From contig CM097885.1 in the NCBI GenBank assembly GCA_044892525.1, positions 53,632,001 to 53,696,000 on the forward strand: a stretch of DNA of 64,000 bases, written 5' to 3'. The notes below the pieces were generated by a model that was given only the letters and a program-made list of their open reading frames with translations, was not told where the DNA came from and ran no database searches. This document shows positions 1 to 13,215 of this stretch, piece after piece. Positions within the stretch are counted from its first letter, which is position 1. Each line of letters starts with the position of its first letter. The translations under genes were made by a program, and so were the position numbers. This DNA comes from Schmidtea polychroa (Eukaryota).

Positions 1-449
1 AGCAATTTAAACACAAATTATGTTCGGGCTTCATATTTAGCGAGCTTACATATAGCAAAATGTGGAAAGGCACATACAATAGTACTACATACAATTAGTA
101 CTACGTATTTGTGTGAAACTGGATTTTCAACCATGTCAGCGATAAAAAATAAATACAGATCATTGCTTAGTATAGAATCTGATCATTGTCTCAAATTGTC
201 GAAAATTTCACCAGATATTTCCATGTTAGTTAGGAATAAACAAGCTCAACCATCTCACTAAATAAAATAAAAATATTATGAGCAAAAAATTTTTAGTTTT
301 TTTGTTTGATTTTTTTTCTTGACCGCAAAAGAAATTTTTTATGTATAAAATGCTAGATTTAAAATAAGCCCCCCAAATTTTTTACGAGGTACTCAAAAAT
401 TATTTTTATTTTTAGTGGTACGAAACCCAAAAAAGATTGGGAACCGCTG
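1..449 (+). mobile_element. 3' end of an internally deleted hAT transposon (Buster/Charlie, ZBED5-like)
   Basis: Frame 1 (1-261) reads RASYLASLHIAKCGKAHTI joined to STTYLCETGFS...KQAQPSH*, i.e. the N-terminal and C-terminal motifs of Buster transposases. The terminal GATTGGGAACCGCTG (435-449) is the reverse complement of a CAGCGGTTCCCAA TIR and is followed by CTATAAGA (nnnTAnnn target). Confidence 0.85.
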
Positions 450-1717
450 CTATAAGAAATAATCAATATAAGTTGAATTTTTACATGACAGACAGAAAAT
501 TTGTTCTACGCTTAATCATTATTGATTACAAAGCGATTTGCAGAGAATAGCTGTCAGTCCAAATATTTGCAATTAAAAAGGGACATCGAGAAATTAATAG
601 AAGTAGATTATTAATTTTAACAGCTGCTACCAAGAATATTTTGTATAAAAGAAACAAGAGAAATTTAGAAATTCATAAATTGAACAAGAAGACCTATCTT
701 TAATGTTAAATCATTCCAATATTTGACTATAGCAAATCTATTTTCGAAACTCCTTCGTAGTTTGAGAAAATATTTGAAATTAATGAGGAATCAAATCAAT
801 TTATAGAAAAAAAGTATTGGGTTATGGGTTGGCGATAAAATTAAAATTCTTACTCTGACTCCAAGCGTGTCTTTGACTGATCCCCCAAATAACAGTTGAC
901 AACAGAAATCTTTATTGGTAATCACAAATAACTTTCACTTTACACTGACAGTCAATTCAACACTCTGTTTGGTGACTATACTATGCTTATTACAACACTC
1001 AGTGAGGAATGGCACTTGTGTATAACACCGGATTGAAAGATCAATAATTACTGATTGGTTTATCAACTGTTACTTTGAGATGGTTGTTTTCTTTGACCTT
1101 CTTCACAACTTTATTCAAATACTTAAATAACTTCTTTTCGTTTAATTTTTCAACTAATTCTTTTCTTCAAATCTTTTCCAACAATAATTCTTCATAAATC
1201 ATTTTTCCAATAACATTTGGTCCAACTCTGTCTAACTTATCGTCTAAAATTTTGTTTCTATTTCGTCTCCCAAATTTGTCTCAATTTGTGTCAACCAGTT
1301 TCCTTTTATATAGTTTGTTTTATTTGTGGCACTAGAGACAGATTTCGTTTTTCATTTTCATTTTCCTCTGTATTCGCCGCTACCTCAGCCTTATCTCTGA
1401 CAGATGCCGAGATTTTTTTCCCTTTTCCTTTTTTGTTAAGTCGCCTTCTCCCGGCAATTCAGCTATCTTTGACAAGCTGTCAAGATAAGGCTTTTTTCCT
1501 AATTTGTTTTTCTGGAATTTGAAATTCCACCTTCGTTTGTACTTTTTAATTAACAATGGTCTTCGTTTTAATTTCTTGTTTGTTTTCTTTTATTTGATTT
1601 ATCTTTCTCATTTTTCATTTCTTTTCATTTCATTTTTCATTTTTTCATTTCATGAAAATTTGGGACTCGTGAAAAGTTTAGGATCAAATTTTAATTACTG
1701 AATAGTAAATCGATAAA

Positions 1718-2060
1718 TTTTGGTTTATTGTATTTTATTTATTGTATAACTGTATGTAACATTTGGTAATATCATTAAAATTTTCTAAACATGATTTGAA
1801 TTTCTGTTCTTTCTCGCTATACATATGTCATATAGTATAATTTAAATATTAATAACGAATTTATCACCTTTGGTAATATAATTGCTATAATTTTTGTTTA
1901 TTGTATTTTATTTATCGTATAACTATATGTAAAATTTTGTATTATCATTAAAATTTTCTAAACACGATATGATTTTTTGTTCTTTTCTCGCTATACATAT
2001 GTTATATAGTATAATTTAAATATAAGTAACGAATCTCTGACCCCTTAGTAGTATAATTGA
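1718..2060. repeat. Diverged tandem duplication, ~173-bp unit x2
   Basis: 1718-1885 and 1891-2059 align along their length (TTTATTGTATTTTATTTAT...TCTCGCTATACATATG...TATAATTG). Confidence 0.8.
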
Positions 2061-3148
2061 TATATTTTACTTTTGTATGGATTTTTATCTAGGAGAGTAG
2101 GCAGATAGAAGGGCAAAGACTGAGATGTAAAAGCTTCTTCATCGGCTCGGTCATTTACTTGCTGACTAGCAGCTTGTCGACATCAGCGAGGACTCGTAAT
2201 GAAATCTAGCTGGTGTCACCGTTATTGTGTTTCTATTCTATTTTAGTTTATCTCAATCATAAGTCGGAAATGCTAATAACCAACATATCGTCCATCATGA
2301 GTAACTTGTGTGGCAGAAGTAGAGAGTAGGCACAACCCTCGTAGAAACTGGAGACAAACATTAATTGTTAGATAACTGAATCTTAATAACTACTGTAGTC
2401 ACCTAAGTACAATGAGTACGATGATTTTTGCATCTCTTTTCATTTTTCCAACTGTCCCTTCGTTAAGCATAAAAACTAAGTATAATCTAGCACATAAGCA
2501 CCAAATTTCGAATCTTAACCTCGTTGAAGCTATTGGTCAAGGTACCTACAATTTCCTCGTAGAAACACTTCTATAATCATTAGACCATTAAATATGTATT
2601 GCTATATCATTACGAACAAGTTATATGAAAGTCATTTGAATTTTAAAATCTCATACTACGAAGGAAATTAGCCACTTCGACAACGACCATGTTAGGATCT
2701 CAAGCTCCATTATCCCATTAACACTCATATTGACAATAATGATAGTAGTGCGATAATTGCGACAACAACAATAGAGTAAGAGCAATAGTAATAACGGTAG
2801 TCATGGCAATAACAGAAATAATAATAATAGGTTAAGTAAGGATAATAGGTTAGTAAGGATGATTATAGTAACAACAAGTAAGGGCAGAACAAGATAGTAA
2901 TTAGCAACAATCATAATGATAGGTAAAGGAACATTTAAAAGATGATAGTGATAATCACGTAACAATTATAGTAATAACATTAACTAGATAATATTTATGA
3001 GGGTAGCAATAGCTATGTAAAGACTATAATGATAAGATTAAGAAAATAGCAGTCCTGATAACCATTGTGAATTAGAATGATCACCATAATAATAATATTA
3101 AAATCAATGTATGTGGGTAATAATAATAATGACAATTTTAGTAATAAT

Positions 3149-4150
3149 TGTAAGATGTATTCATATTTATATTTATATTTATTCATATTAATATCATTTA
3201 TATTTTATTTTTTGAATGTTGTGGTATGTTGAAATTGTTCGAAATATTATTTGGATTTGAATTAATTCCCCAGAAATGAATTAAGAAAATACTTTGTTTA
3301 AATAATATAGATTTATTCACGTCTTTGAATTTGTTTATGTCGAAAATTAAAACTAATAACATGGCGACCACGCGTATGCTGCAGTTTATTAGACCACAAG
3401 AAACATTCGAAATCGGGACATAGAAAAATTTATAGAAGAAACAGATACATTTTTTGAGCTTACTCAGACATCCGAAGAACACAAAGGAGTTTGTATCAAA
3501 GCATTTTTATCAATGGAACCAACGCGAAAATTCGAGGAAAGGGATCCTGAAGTTTACTAGAAGAAAAGAATAACGATGCCTTTATAAGGCCTTCGAACTT
3601 AGCAAATGATCATTTCGAAGGAGAAACAATTAATGATTTTTTTTAAATAGAGAAGCTGGCAAAGAATGTGGTCAGGCACAATCTAACAGAAGATATGAAA
3701 TATTTTTAATTGAAAATGCTCTCGACGATAGAGAAATCAAGAAAGATTTAAAATTACAAGGACTAAAAACATTCGAAGAAATAAAAAATCGATTTCTCAA
3801 ATATAAAGATATTAAAAAATTGAAATCGAAAACATTGCTTCGATATAGCATGTAAAGAAAAATTATGCTAAAGTAGCGAAGTTGAATGAAGGACAAACAT
3901 GAAACCAAAGAAAACCATATTATCGTCAAAGGAATGAAAGAATCGAAAAAAGTCGGACTATGGGACGACCGGAAACAAATGTTGAAGGATCAGAAAATCG
4001 ATATGGGTGGGAAAAGACCAGAAATCTAGGACAATTTTGAGAAGGACAACAGTGGCCGCAAGACATTTTAACGGATCGATTAGGAGAAATGTTTATCCTA
4101 ACCAAGATAATCGCATGTGAAGATGTTGGGAGAATATAGTTAATAGCCAT
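3149..4150 (+). mobile_element. Decayed 5' part of an LTR retrotransposon (LTR, PBS, gag relic)
   Basis: A TGTAA...TAACA segment (3149-3361) is followed immediately by PBS-like TGGCGACCA (3362) and a broken reading frame DIEKFIEETDTFFELT...IKAFLS resembling gypsy gag. Confidence 0.5.
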
Positions 4151-4190
4151 CCGCAGCACGACCATTCGATACCCCCACCCTTGCTAAAGA

Positions 4191-4340
4191 ATTTTTTTTT
4201 GCTTTTTGGTTACGTAACTGCTGCAGAGGGCTACGCTTATTTTTGTGAGATTTTTAATACAACAGTCTATAGAAAAAATGCCAGGATTTCTCTGTTTATA
4301 GTAAGGGGGTCTCCTTGAATCTGACATTTTCAATACCAAT
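4191..4340. repeat. Diverged copy of the giant-palindrome centre motif plus one outer-repeat unit
   Basis: TTTTGGTTACGTAACTGCTGCA...GCTACGCTTATTTTT...GATTTTTAATACAA matches the minus strand of 41975-42080. AAAATGCCA.GAT...GGGTCTCCTTG...TTTTCAATAC matches 33226-33290. Confidence 0.7.
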
Positions 4341-4354
4341 TTATATTTCAATAT

Positions 4355-4732
4355 TCAATTTTGTTCTTCAAGAGTGGGAAATGCAGGATAATGGAATGTG
4401 AGAAACCTTTACAAGAAGGTGATCTCAAACATCAGATTCAAGACTTGAAAAGACAATCAATTACATTAACTTTAGATATCGGTACATGCATTGATTGAAA
4501 TGCTTTGTTAATGAAAATTGATAGTTATTACGAACCTGAAATATTTCCATCTTAACGAATTCTCAAGTATAACCCCCTACGTGTCAATGTTTTTTCAAGC
4601 GGAAAAGTGGTTATATTAGGTATTAAAACATTTGATTATTTTAATCAAATTCAAGAAATTCAGAATTTCATAAAATCATTGACTATAAATATTACAACAA
4701 ATGAAGAAATATTGGAATATTTATTAAGTTAA
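4355..4732 (+). pseudogene. Divergent TATA-binding-protein-like pseudogene (5'-truncated, two stops)
   Basis: Reads SILFFKSGKCRIM...QSITLTLDIGTCID*NAL...YYEPEIFPS*RILKYNPLRVNVFSSGKVVILGIK, giving both TBP F-x-SGK repeats and the YEPELFP motif. The stops at 4496 and 4553 sit where TBP has Leu. Confidence 0.8.
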
Positions 4733-6781
4733 TTTAATTAATTGTGTTTATATCAATTGATTATGTACAAAAATATAAATTCAAAAAAAATGAATGACGA
4801 GAAGCAAGCGTATATATTCCAAACAATATTAACAAAGATGGAAGAAATATTCCCTAATATAAAGTATCGACTTTCATATTCTGCTCCTGAATTCTGCTAT
4901 AATCCCTAGAATCAAGCAATTAACAGGGATCAATATAGAGGAAATTATACGAATGCATTACGAATCTGTGCAGGAATCAAGATTTAAATGTCAAGAAGAT
5001 TGCAAGCTCTGTATGGATCCAATGAAATTAACTTGTTCTTTAAGATGTAGATGATGCCAAGATTATAAGATGAATGAAATTTTTCATATTTTACTGCATA
5101 ATTAAGAAGAGCTTATTGGTGGGTTACTGATGATCAAATATTTTACTGTTTCCAGCATAACCCAGAATACAACTTTATTTACCGCTTGATACCAGTTGAG
5201 TAATCAACGTTGGTACTGTATCAAGTGGGTGAGTACTTGCAGAAAGTGAGCGCACTAACGGCACTATAATTGTCGAGTACTCTTTGGGTCCACGGACTAT
5301 CGTTAGAAGATATATGTCCGATTTACGCAGGTCCCTTACTATAATTACTTTCTCAAATATGCCTATATAAACTTTCTATCCTCAAACAATCATAAGTCAT
5401 CAGGAAGCATACATTAATTTATTAAAACCTGTTCATACAATACCACATCTAAGATGTTTGAATATAAATTAAGTGAAACATAACCATAGTTTATTAAACA
5501 TACCTTAAAAATTTTTTAAGAATAAAGAATTTAATTAGAAAATAATAAAAAAAACAACTTAATAAACTGAAATAATAGAAATAATAAAGATAACATGCAT
5601 TCCCCATGATAATTTGATCAAAAAGAAAATTTCAATTTAATTAAGTTAACTTAAAACCTATTTTAATATAATCCAAATATTACTTGTAAATTATGGGTAA
5701 TATTAATATATGAAGTTTAAATTCATTAAAATCATAAAAGTTCTTATGAAGAGTAAATAATTCTAATTTACTTAAATTTTTAATTTATAATATTCCTCAA
5801 ATGACCAAATTAACTTCCTAATATACTTGAATTCATTATGTTAAAATACTAGAAAAAGTTGGTAACTAATAATTTAAATAAAGTAATGGAATTTTGATTT
5901 CATTATTACTTTTTGTTGTATTATTACATAAAGTTATTTAATTTTCGTTGTTTTATTACAGTAATTGTAAGTAATTTTAAATATGAATTTTCGAATAAAT
6001 ATGATTTTAGATTAAATAATGTTTTGATTAAAAAATGTAATAAATGTTTACTTTTATAGATATGCATTATATTATCCGATGAGAAAATTTAGAGATCTCC
6101 TTAGTGATGGTAACTTTTAATCTATATGATCGTAATTTTAATTCAATATTAGCGAGTCATAACAACTCTCTGAAACACGAAGTCCAAAAGCCGTTCCACC
6201 AGCTATTCTTCCGAGTGGAGTTCACCACAAGTTCACCATGAACACTCAAAAAGAGATGCGAGAGGTCTAGTTGGCCATCCACATCAATAATACTTCAAAA
6301 TCAATACTTCAAAACAAATACGCAAGTCAGGACAAAAGCACTATTCATTGAACAGATTACTCAAGATAAAAAAATCTGGAACAGAAAATGAGGAACCACG
6401 TAAAAGCCCTCCAACACCAGGAAAGGCACTTTATTTGGAACGGCACATCAACCGAGCCTGGAGGACACACAAATACGACCCAAAGAAAAATGATGCGAAA
6501 TAAATAAATTTAGTTAAAATAGAATTTGTTTTTTTTCTTTGATCTAATAAATTTAGTTAACGATTGAATTTGGTTTTTTGATTTTATTTGAAAATAAATT
6601 TGTCTATAACTTTAATAAATTATTTTATCTTTACTCTATTACTTTAAAGGGGTTGTGGCCATTATACAACATGGGGGTCTTGAGGGGAAAGGTTATTGTA
6701 TTTTTATAAGGTTATTTTATAAATCTATATATACATACACACACATATATACACACATATAAATATATATATATACCTATA

Positions 6782-7707
6782 CACCAACCGGCATTTGATT
6801 ATCATCAAATGGCCATTGATTTGCATATTTAATAATATAAATATTAACTTACTTATAATAAATGTATGTGTGTCATAGCCAGAAGGGACATTGAATTAGC
6901 TAGTTGACATTCAATTAGCTCTTACACTATAGAAAGATAGTGAAAATCGCTGTTGGAAGAAAAATAAATAAATACATACAAACACGGTTCTATAATAAAA
7001 AATACACACTATAGGACATTGATTTATCATGCGGACATTCAATTAGCTAAAAATTTTCCATTTAAAATTAATTAATTATAAAAAAATATACGAGAATATG
7101 TCAGAAACTTCATCAGAATCCACTATTTCATTTCAAGAAATACATAGATGAATGCTCTTCAATAGATGGACGAACAAGAGCTTCGGTAGATCACGAGTAG
7201 ACAATAGAATTTATAACAATATACCAACAAATCGAGGTCCCAATTTTCAAAGATGAGCTAATCCATTTACAATAATATATCTTCATTGACTATTCAAATA
7301 GAAAAATTGCCATATAATCCATTTTTGAACCCCATCGAAAGTGTTGAGCAAAATTAAAAATGGGGTAAGGACTAAAGTTTCTTCGGTTGATGGATTTTTC
7401 AGACAGATTTACCTTCTATGAATGATTTACTGCAATATTCCAAGCAGTTAACGAGGAACTTCGAAAACCAGATCATAATAATTTCAAAAATCATATTAAT
7501 AATCATATTAAAGATTCTTCACTAAATTCTTGATATTTTAATAAAACTATGAAAAATTTAATGTATATTATAATAAATAAATAAATATCTTACTTCTTTA
7601 TTCATTATTTTAACAAAAAATCTTAAAATTAACTAAAATCCAGAACAAAGCTTATTTGACAAAGCTAAATGAATGTCTCATTTATGATAATTAAATGCGC
7701 TTTGGTG
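6782..7707 (+). mobile_element. Non-autonomous Tc1/IS630-type DNA transposon
   Basis: Imperfect TIRs CACCAACCGGCATTTGATTATCAT / ATGATAATTAAATGCGCTTTGGTG, each flanked by TA. Internal relic LPYNPFLNPIE(.)C*AKLK near 7300-7360 corresponds to the Tc1 P-x-LNPIE catalytic motif. Confidence 0.75.
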
Positions 7708-7920
7708 TATATGTATATAATTTACATTATTAATATTGATGTCGTTTGAGACCTTTATATTATCTGGGGGGGGTGTTACTAAAAATAGATTTTAGTGGTT
7801 TTCGATAATTTTATTGGAAGATAGGGCCATTGAAGCTAAATTTAGAGATAGGAGAATCCAAAAATCAATAATTTGGTTTATAATTTTATTTTCATGAAAT
7901 AAAGATAATTATTTTAATAA

Positions 7921-8000
7921 TATAATAATAATAATAATGATAATAGTAATAATAATAATAAGAGTGATAATGTTACTGGTAACAATACTAATACTAATAC

Positions 8001-8074
<74 letters not shown>

Positions 8075-8092
8075 TTAATAACGATAATAATA
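7921..8092. repeat. (AAT)n microsatellite
   Basis: Directly visible; further tracts at 18631-18715, 34920-35430 and 61550-61990. Confidence 0.95.
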
Positions 8093-8127
8093 AATGTAAA
8101 TTTATATTTTTATAAGATTACCACATA

Positions 8128-8995
8128 TGGGGGGATCATTTACGAAAAATTATGAAATTTTTTGTTGGTTTGAAATATAATTTAACTCTATACGAAGATG
8201 ATATAATTCAGTATACCTAAGGAATAGTTAATGGCTACATGATTTGAAGGGGTCGGTTACGATAAATACAAGTTATATTTTTAAAGGTAATATAAGTTAA
8301 ATATATCTGAAAACAAATTAAATTAGTACTTTTGGGTAATCATTAATGACTATATGATCTGAAGGGTGTCATTTATGAAATTTTACAACTTATATTTTTA
8401 ATTATAATGTAAGTTAAATATATATTAAAATAAGCCAATTTAGTATGTATAAGTTTGAGGGGGGGGTTCATGTGTGAACATTTACAATTTACATTTTAAA
8501 TATAATATAAGTTAAATATATATTAAAAATAAGTCAATTTAGTATGTTTAAGTAATGGACAATGAATGTATAAATTTGAGGGGGTCAGTTATGAACATTT
8601 CCAATTTAGATTTTTAAATATACTATAAGTTAAATATATATTAAAATAAGTTAATTTAGGATATTTATGCAATGGATAATGAATGTATAATTCGGAGGGG
8701 GGTCATTTATGAACATTTACATTTTATATTTTAAAATATACTATAAGTTAAATATATATTAAGATAAGCTAATTTAGTATACTTAGGTAATGGATAAAGA
8801 CTATATAATTTTGAGGGGGGTCATTCATAAAAATTTACAATTTATATTTTTAAATATAATAAGTTAAATGTATATTATGATAAGCTAATTTAGTATATTT
8901 ATGTGGTAGTTGATGACGATATGGTTTATTGGGGGTCATTGATGAAAAATTTTCAACTATGATTTTAAAGGTAATCTAAGTTAAGTATATATAAG

Positions 8996-9084
<89 letters not shown>

Positions 9085-9425
9085 TTTCGACTAATGTATA
9101 GTTTGAGCGGGGTACTTATGAAACAAGGTATCTTATACTTTTATAAGTTTCAAATATACATATATAAGTTAGATTATGAATATGAACATTCGTTTCGACG
9201 ATTTCGTAACTTTGGGGGTAGTTAGGAAAAATTATAATTTTTGCTTTTTAAAGTTCAATATACTTATATATACTATTAATATTAGTTTTATTTTACATAT
9301 TATAGGACTTAGGGGGTAGTTAGGAAAGAATTATACATTTTAATTTTGAGTTCATTATTTAGATATCTAATTTGAATTAGTATTAACCTTGATTTGGACT
9401 ATTACACAACCTGAGGGGCATTAAG
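8128..9425. repeat. ~118-120-bp tandem satellite (about 11-12 diverged units) interrupted by (TA)n at ~8998-9081
   Basis: Recurrent GGGGGTCATTTATGAA...TAAGTTAAATATATATTAA...TTTAGTAT, with G-runs at about 8129, 8249, 8363, 8458, 8579, 8696, 8814, 8931, 9108, 9214, 9312 and 9414. Confidence 0.85.
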
Positions 9426-10739
9426 TAAAAAAAAATTCTTAACAAAAATTCAATATACATAATTAAGATCAAGAAAAAACTTATGCCTCTAAATTATCAT
9501 TTCAACAGCTTTTGGATCGAACAAAACCATTTTTATCAGAAAAGAATTTCTACTTTATGAATTTATATATTGTAATTACTTAACTTCTGTACCGACAATT
9601 TACTTTTCATTGTTATTCAACTTAGTATATAAAATGGGGAGACATTACTCGCGTTATAAGTTATAAATATGCCATTAGTAGTTTATAGATAAGGACACCA
9701 TAGAGAATTTTAGTTTACAGCAAAATAGGTTATTTTGTAAGCATCTATAGATATTAGTTCGCTTACCAATGTGATTGAGATTATATCATCTACTCTTCGT
9801 ATGAATTTTAGGTTGCAGCATTTTGACAGTGAATAGTTTAGATTTTTTTAGTTTTTAGTTGCCTTAAAAATTTTGACATGCGTGCATTGATGCAGTAAAA
9901 CAAATTCAGATTATTTTAATTCTCGAACATTCGATTTTTAATGTTTATCGATTTTGATGGCGATTTTTCAGTAAGAATTTTTGTTTTTATTTTTGGAATT
10001 TTGTTTTTGAATTATTTTTTATTAAATTTGCCTCCATGATGGATTTAAGCATTTCCAGAACATTCCATGCTAAATTTAATCTATTTCTTATTTTTAAATT
10101 GTTTTTTATGATTTCTTTTCTAAAATTTTTATTTTTTAAACTAAAATATTTATTTTTTATAAATTTTATTGGGTCGTTTGGCGGTTATTATGGATTTCGC
10201 CATTTTTATGAATTGTTCTGGATTTTTATTCAAAATATCGATATAATTTTCTTTACGTAAGATTTTATGAAGATTTTCTTTAATTTTCTTTTTTAATTTT
10301 TACTAATCGCCTTTATTCAAAATTGTTTTTTGTTGTTTTATGTCTTTCGGTTATATTTGAGTAAGTTTTCGTGTAATACTTCTTGCTCATGTTTTATTTT
10401 ATTTTTAATTCAGATGTTTTATTTTTGGGTATATTATCTCACTATTATCATTGTTTATTTGGTGTTTTATATATTTTTATTTAAGTAAACTTAATGCTGG
10501 GTATGCGTGTTGTGTACTGACACATTTCGTCCCATTCCTAACTTTGGGTTTAGAAATCAGTTCTAGCCCAACATTTTTATAAGCAAATACTTGATGAATA
10601 AATTTTATATCTTTACTTTTGTCTTGTTCTTTGCATATTTTTAAGTCTAGTTAATTTTTATCTGATGTCAAGTATTTGATCTTTTTATATATTGTCTAGT
10701 ATTTGGTTGAAATAATAATATTATTATTATTGTTGTTAT

Positions 10740-11083
10740 CATTGAAATTTACATTTAAAATTAACTTTAAAAAATTTCCAATAAAAATTAACTTAAAAAA
10801 AATTATTTCATTAAAATTTCCATTAAAAAATTTCATTTCTCAAAAAAGTTGGTAGTTATTCAGTCTTTTGATAATAAATTTAAAAATCTTACTTTAATTT
10901 AATTATTTAAAAATTATTACTTTAAAATATTTAACTTTAACTTAAAATTTTAGACCATTGATTACTTAGTTAAAAAATTTGGACCTTAATTTACTTATTT
11001 TAGCCCATTGATTACTTTAATTTAAAAATTTGAACCTTAATTAACTTTAATTCAATTTTAGACCTATAATTTACTTTAATTTA
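10740..11083. repeat. Fragment of the same AT-rich repeat family that builds the palindrome arms
   Basis: GACCATTGATTACTT / GACCTTAATTTACTT / GAACCTTAATTAACTTTAATT units as at 38800-39150 and 62700-62900. Confidence 0.75.
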
Positions 11084-11793
11084 ATAGCATTAGCTATATC
11101 ACAAGACATACTAAGAAAATCTTCACCAAACCTCAAAAACATCAACTGGAGAGATATCGATTTTTTACTCAAATGCAACTCACAAGAAAAACAAGAAGTT
11201 TTTCCACCTCACCTAGATGAAGCCTCAAAAAATCTGCATTGGATGATTCGTGAGGCATATTTCCAAAAATGGATAGAAGCAAACTGCCAAGGCCATATTC
11301 TCAGGCTACCACAGTCGGAATATACAGGGTGGAAAATGCCTAGAAGCCTCAAAGATTACGAATGGGGCTTCATAATTAAGGCTAGAGCTAACATGCTAGA
11401 CCTTAATATGAAGCAATCCAACCAAGGCGAAAGATTAGGAAGCAAAAAATGCAGAAACTGCGAAAACCATCACGAATCATCTGAACATGTGTGCTGAACA
11501 TGTGTGTAAGAGGAACTAGGGTGAGGACCAACAAGCATAACGAAGTACAGAAACCACTCGAAGAAATACTCAGAAATATAGGAATAAATTTCGAAACAGA
11601 GAAAAAACACAAGGAGGCCAAAGAAATGCTGAAGCCAGACATTGTGGTAAGAATGAAAGAACACATAATGATAATAGACATAAAATGCCCATTCGATGAC
11701 AACACAACAATAGAGGCATCATGGACAAAAAACCAGACAAAATACCGAAAATTAGCACAATACATACAAGAAGCAACAAATACAAACATTTGA
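11084..11793 (+). mobile_element. 3' fragment of a non-LTR retrotransposon with restriction-like endonuclease (R2/R4/NeSL type)
   Basis: CCHC knuckle CRNC...EHVLNMC (restored by removing a 2-nt TG insertion at ~11490), then KHNEV, KPDIVV, IIDIKCPFD and K..KY..L motifs of the RLE domain. Confidence 0.85.
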
Positions 11794-11989
11794 TTTTAAA
11801 AATAAACGTGAACAAATTAAGATTGTAATCCTCAGTTTTAAAGAATGCCAAAGAAGAAAAACAGTGACAATATGAACGAAAGAAACTATTTTAAAATATA
11901 ATAATTCTAATTTATTTGAGATGATTTTTCTTGATTTTTGTGAACCTTTAAAGACAACAATTCATAGAAAGATATATATATATATATAT

Positions 11990-12365
11990 ATCATTAAATG
12001 CAATATCAAGGCAAGACGAGAATACAACAGCAGCTATTTTGAAAAATAATTGGATTTTAAAGTACGGAGCACCAAAGTTTATACACTGCGACAGATGGAA
12101 AACGTTTGAAGCAAAACTAATAAACGACTTAATGAACATTCACTGAATTAAAATGGTATACTCAAGCGCTTATCATCATTCAGCTAGTGGAAAGATTGAA
12201 AGACAATTCAGAACCATGAGGGATTCAATTCAAATTTCCATAAAAGATAAAATGTATAAAAATTGGGCAGATTTACTGCCAGAGGTGGAATTTATGCTTA
12301 ATTCAACGATTTAGAGTTCAATAGGCTTTAGTCCTGAGGAAGTAGTATACGGCAAGAAAATATAC
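11990..12365 (+). mobile_element. Gypsy-type integrase (rve) pseudogene fragment
   Basis: WILKYGAPKFIHCDR...YHHSASGKIERQFRT...WADLLPEVEFMLNST...GFSPEEVVYG with internal stops. Confidence 0.85.
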
Positions 12366-13215
12366 AAAGAATGGCAAACAAGGGCTAACAAGGATTCGGA
12401 CGTTAAAGAATACGTAAATATTATGAGTATAAACAAACTGTTTCAAATGTCTGTAAATTTGTAATTGGCATTGTATTATGGTACCACAATGGTACCCCAA
12501 TTTTGTGAACAATAAAATGACGTTACAGTGGATGGGTGGACCAAAAAGTCATTTTTGGCGTGACCTAATTATGCATTGACCCCTAAATTATGTGTAAGCA
12601 CAAAAATTGCGTATAGTGGTCAAACTTTCTGAGTTCAATTCCATTTGGGGTCGAGTTACCTACATGGTACCGATGAAACCCAAATGAGCTTGTAACTAGT
12701 CTGTTTTAGAAATCACGTTGAAGACTCACTTCAAACTTAATTTTTTTTTTCAGTTAGCCTCACCTGAAAAGTTTTTGATAATATCAGAATTTGAATTATT
12801 TTATACTATTTATTTTACTGACAAATTATAAGTAATATTAAAATCAATTTTTTATATTTCATTATATGATACTTTAAATATACTATTTTAAAATATAATA
12901 AAAACTCTGATTTCAATAACACATTCAATTTGAATTTTGTTAATATTATTTTGTAAATTTCATGTGCACCCGTCTAGCTCAAAATCTCTAACATTTGATT
13001 ACAATTTTAATCCTATTTAGCTTTACTTTTAAATCATAAATTTTTATCAGAATTATTAAAACAATAAATAGGTAAAAACGAAATATATCAAACAGAAAGA
13101 TCAACTTATGGACTTTAATAATTAATTTATTCAATTTTATGTCTAACCGAGACAGTTAGGCGCAATTAAGAGCTTAAAGAAATTGAAAATAATATAAACA
13201 ATTAAATTTACTCAC

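Noticed and set aside
7937..8155. Poly-Ile/Asn ORFs (also 34905-35518 and 61461-62002)
   Set aside because: Translations of (AAT)n microsatellites.
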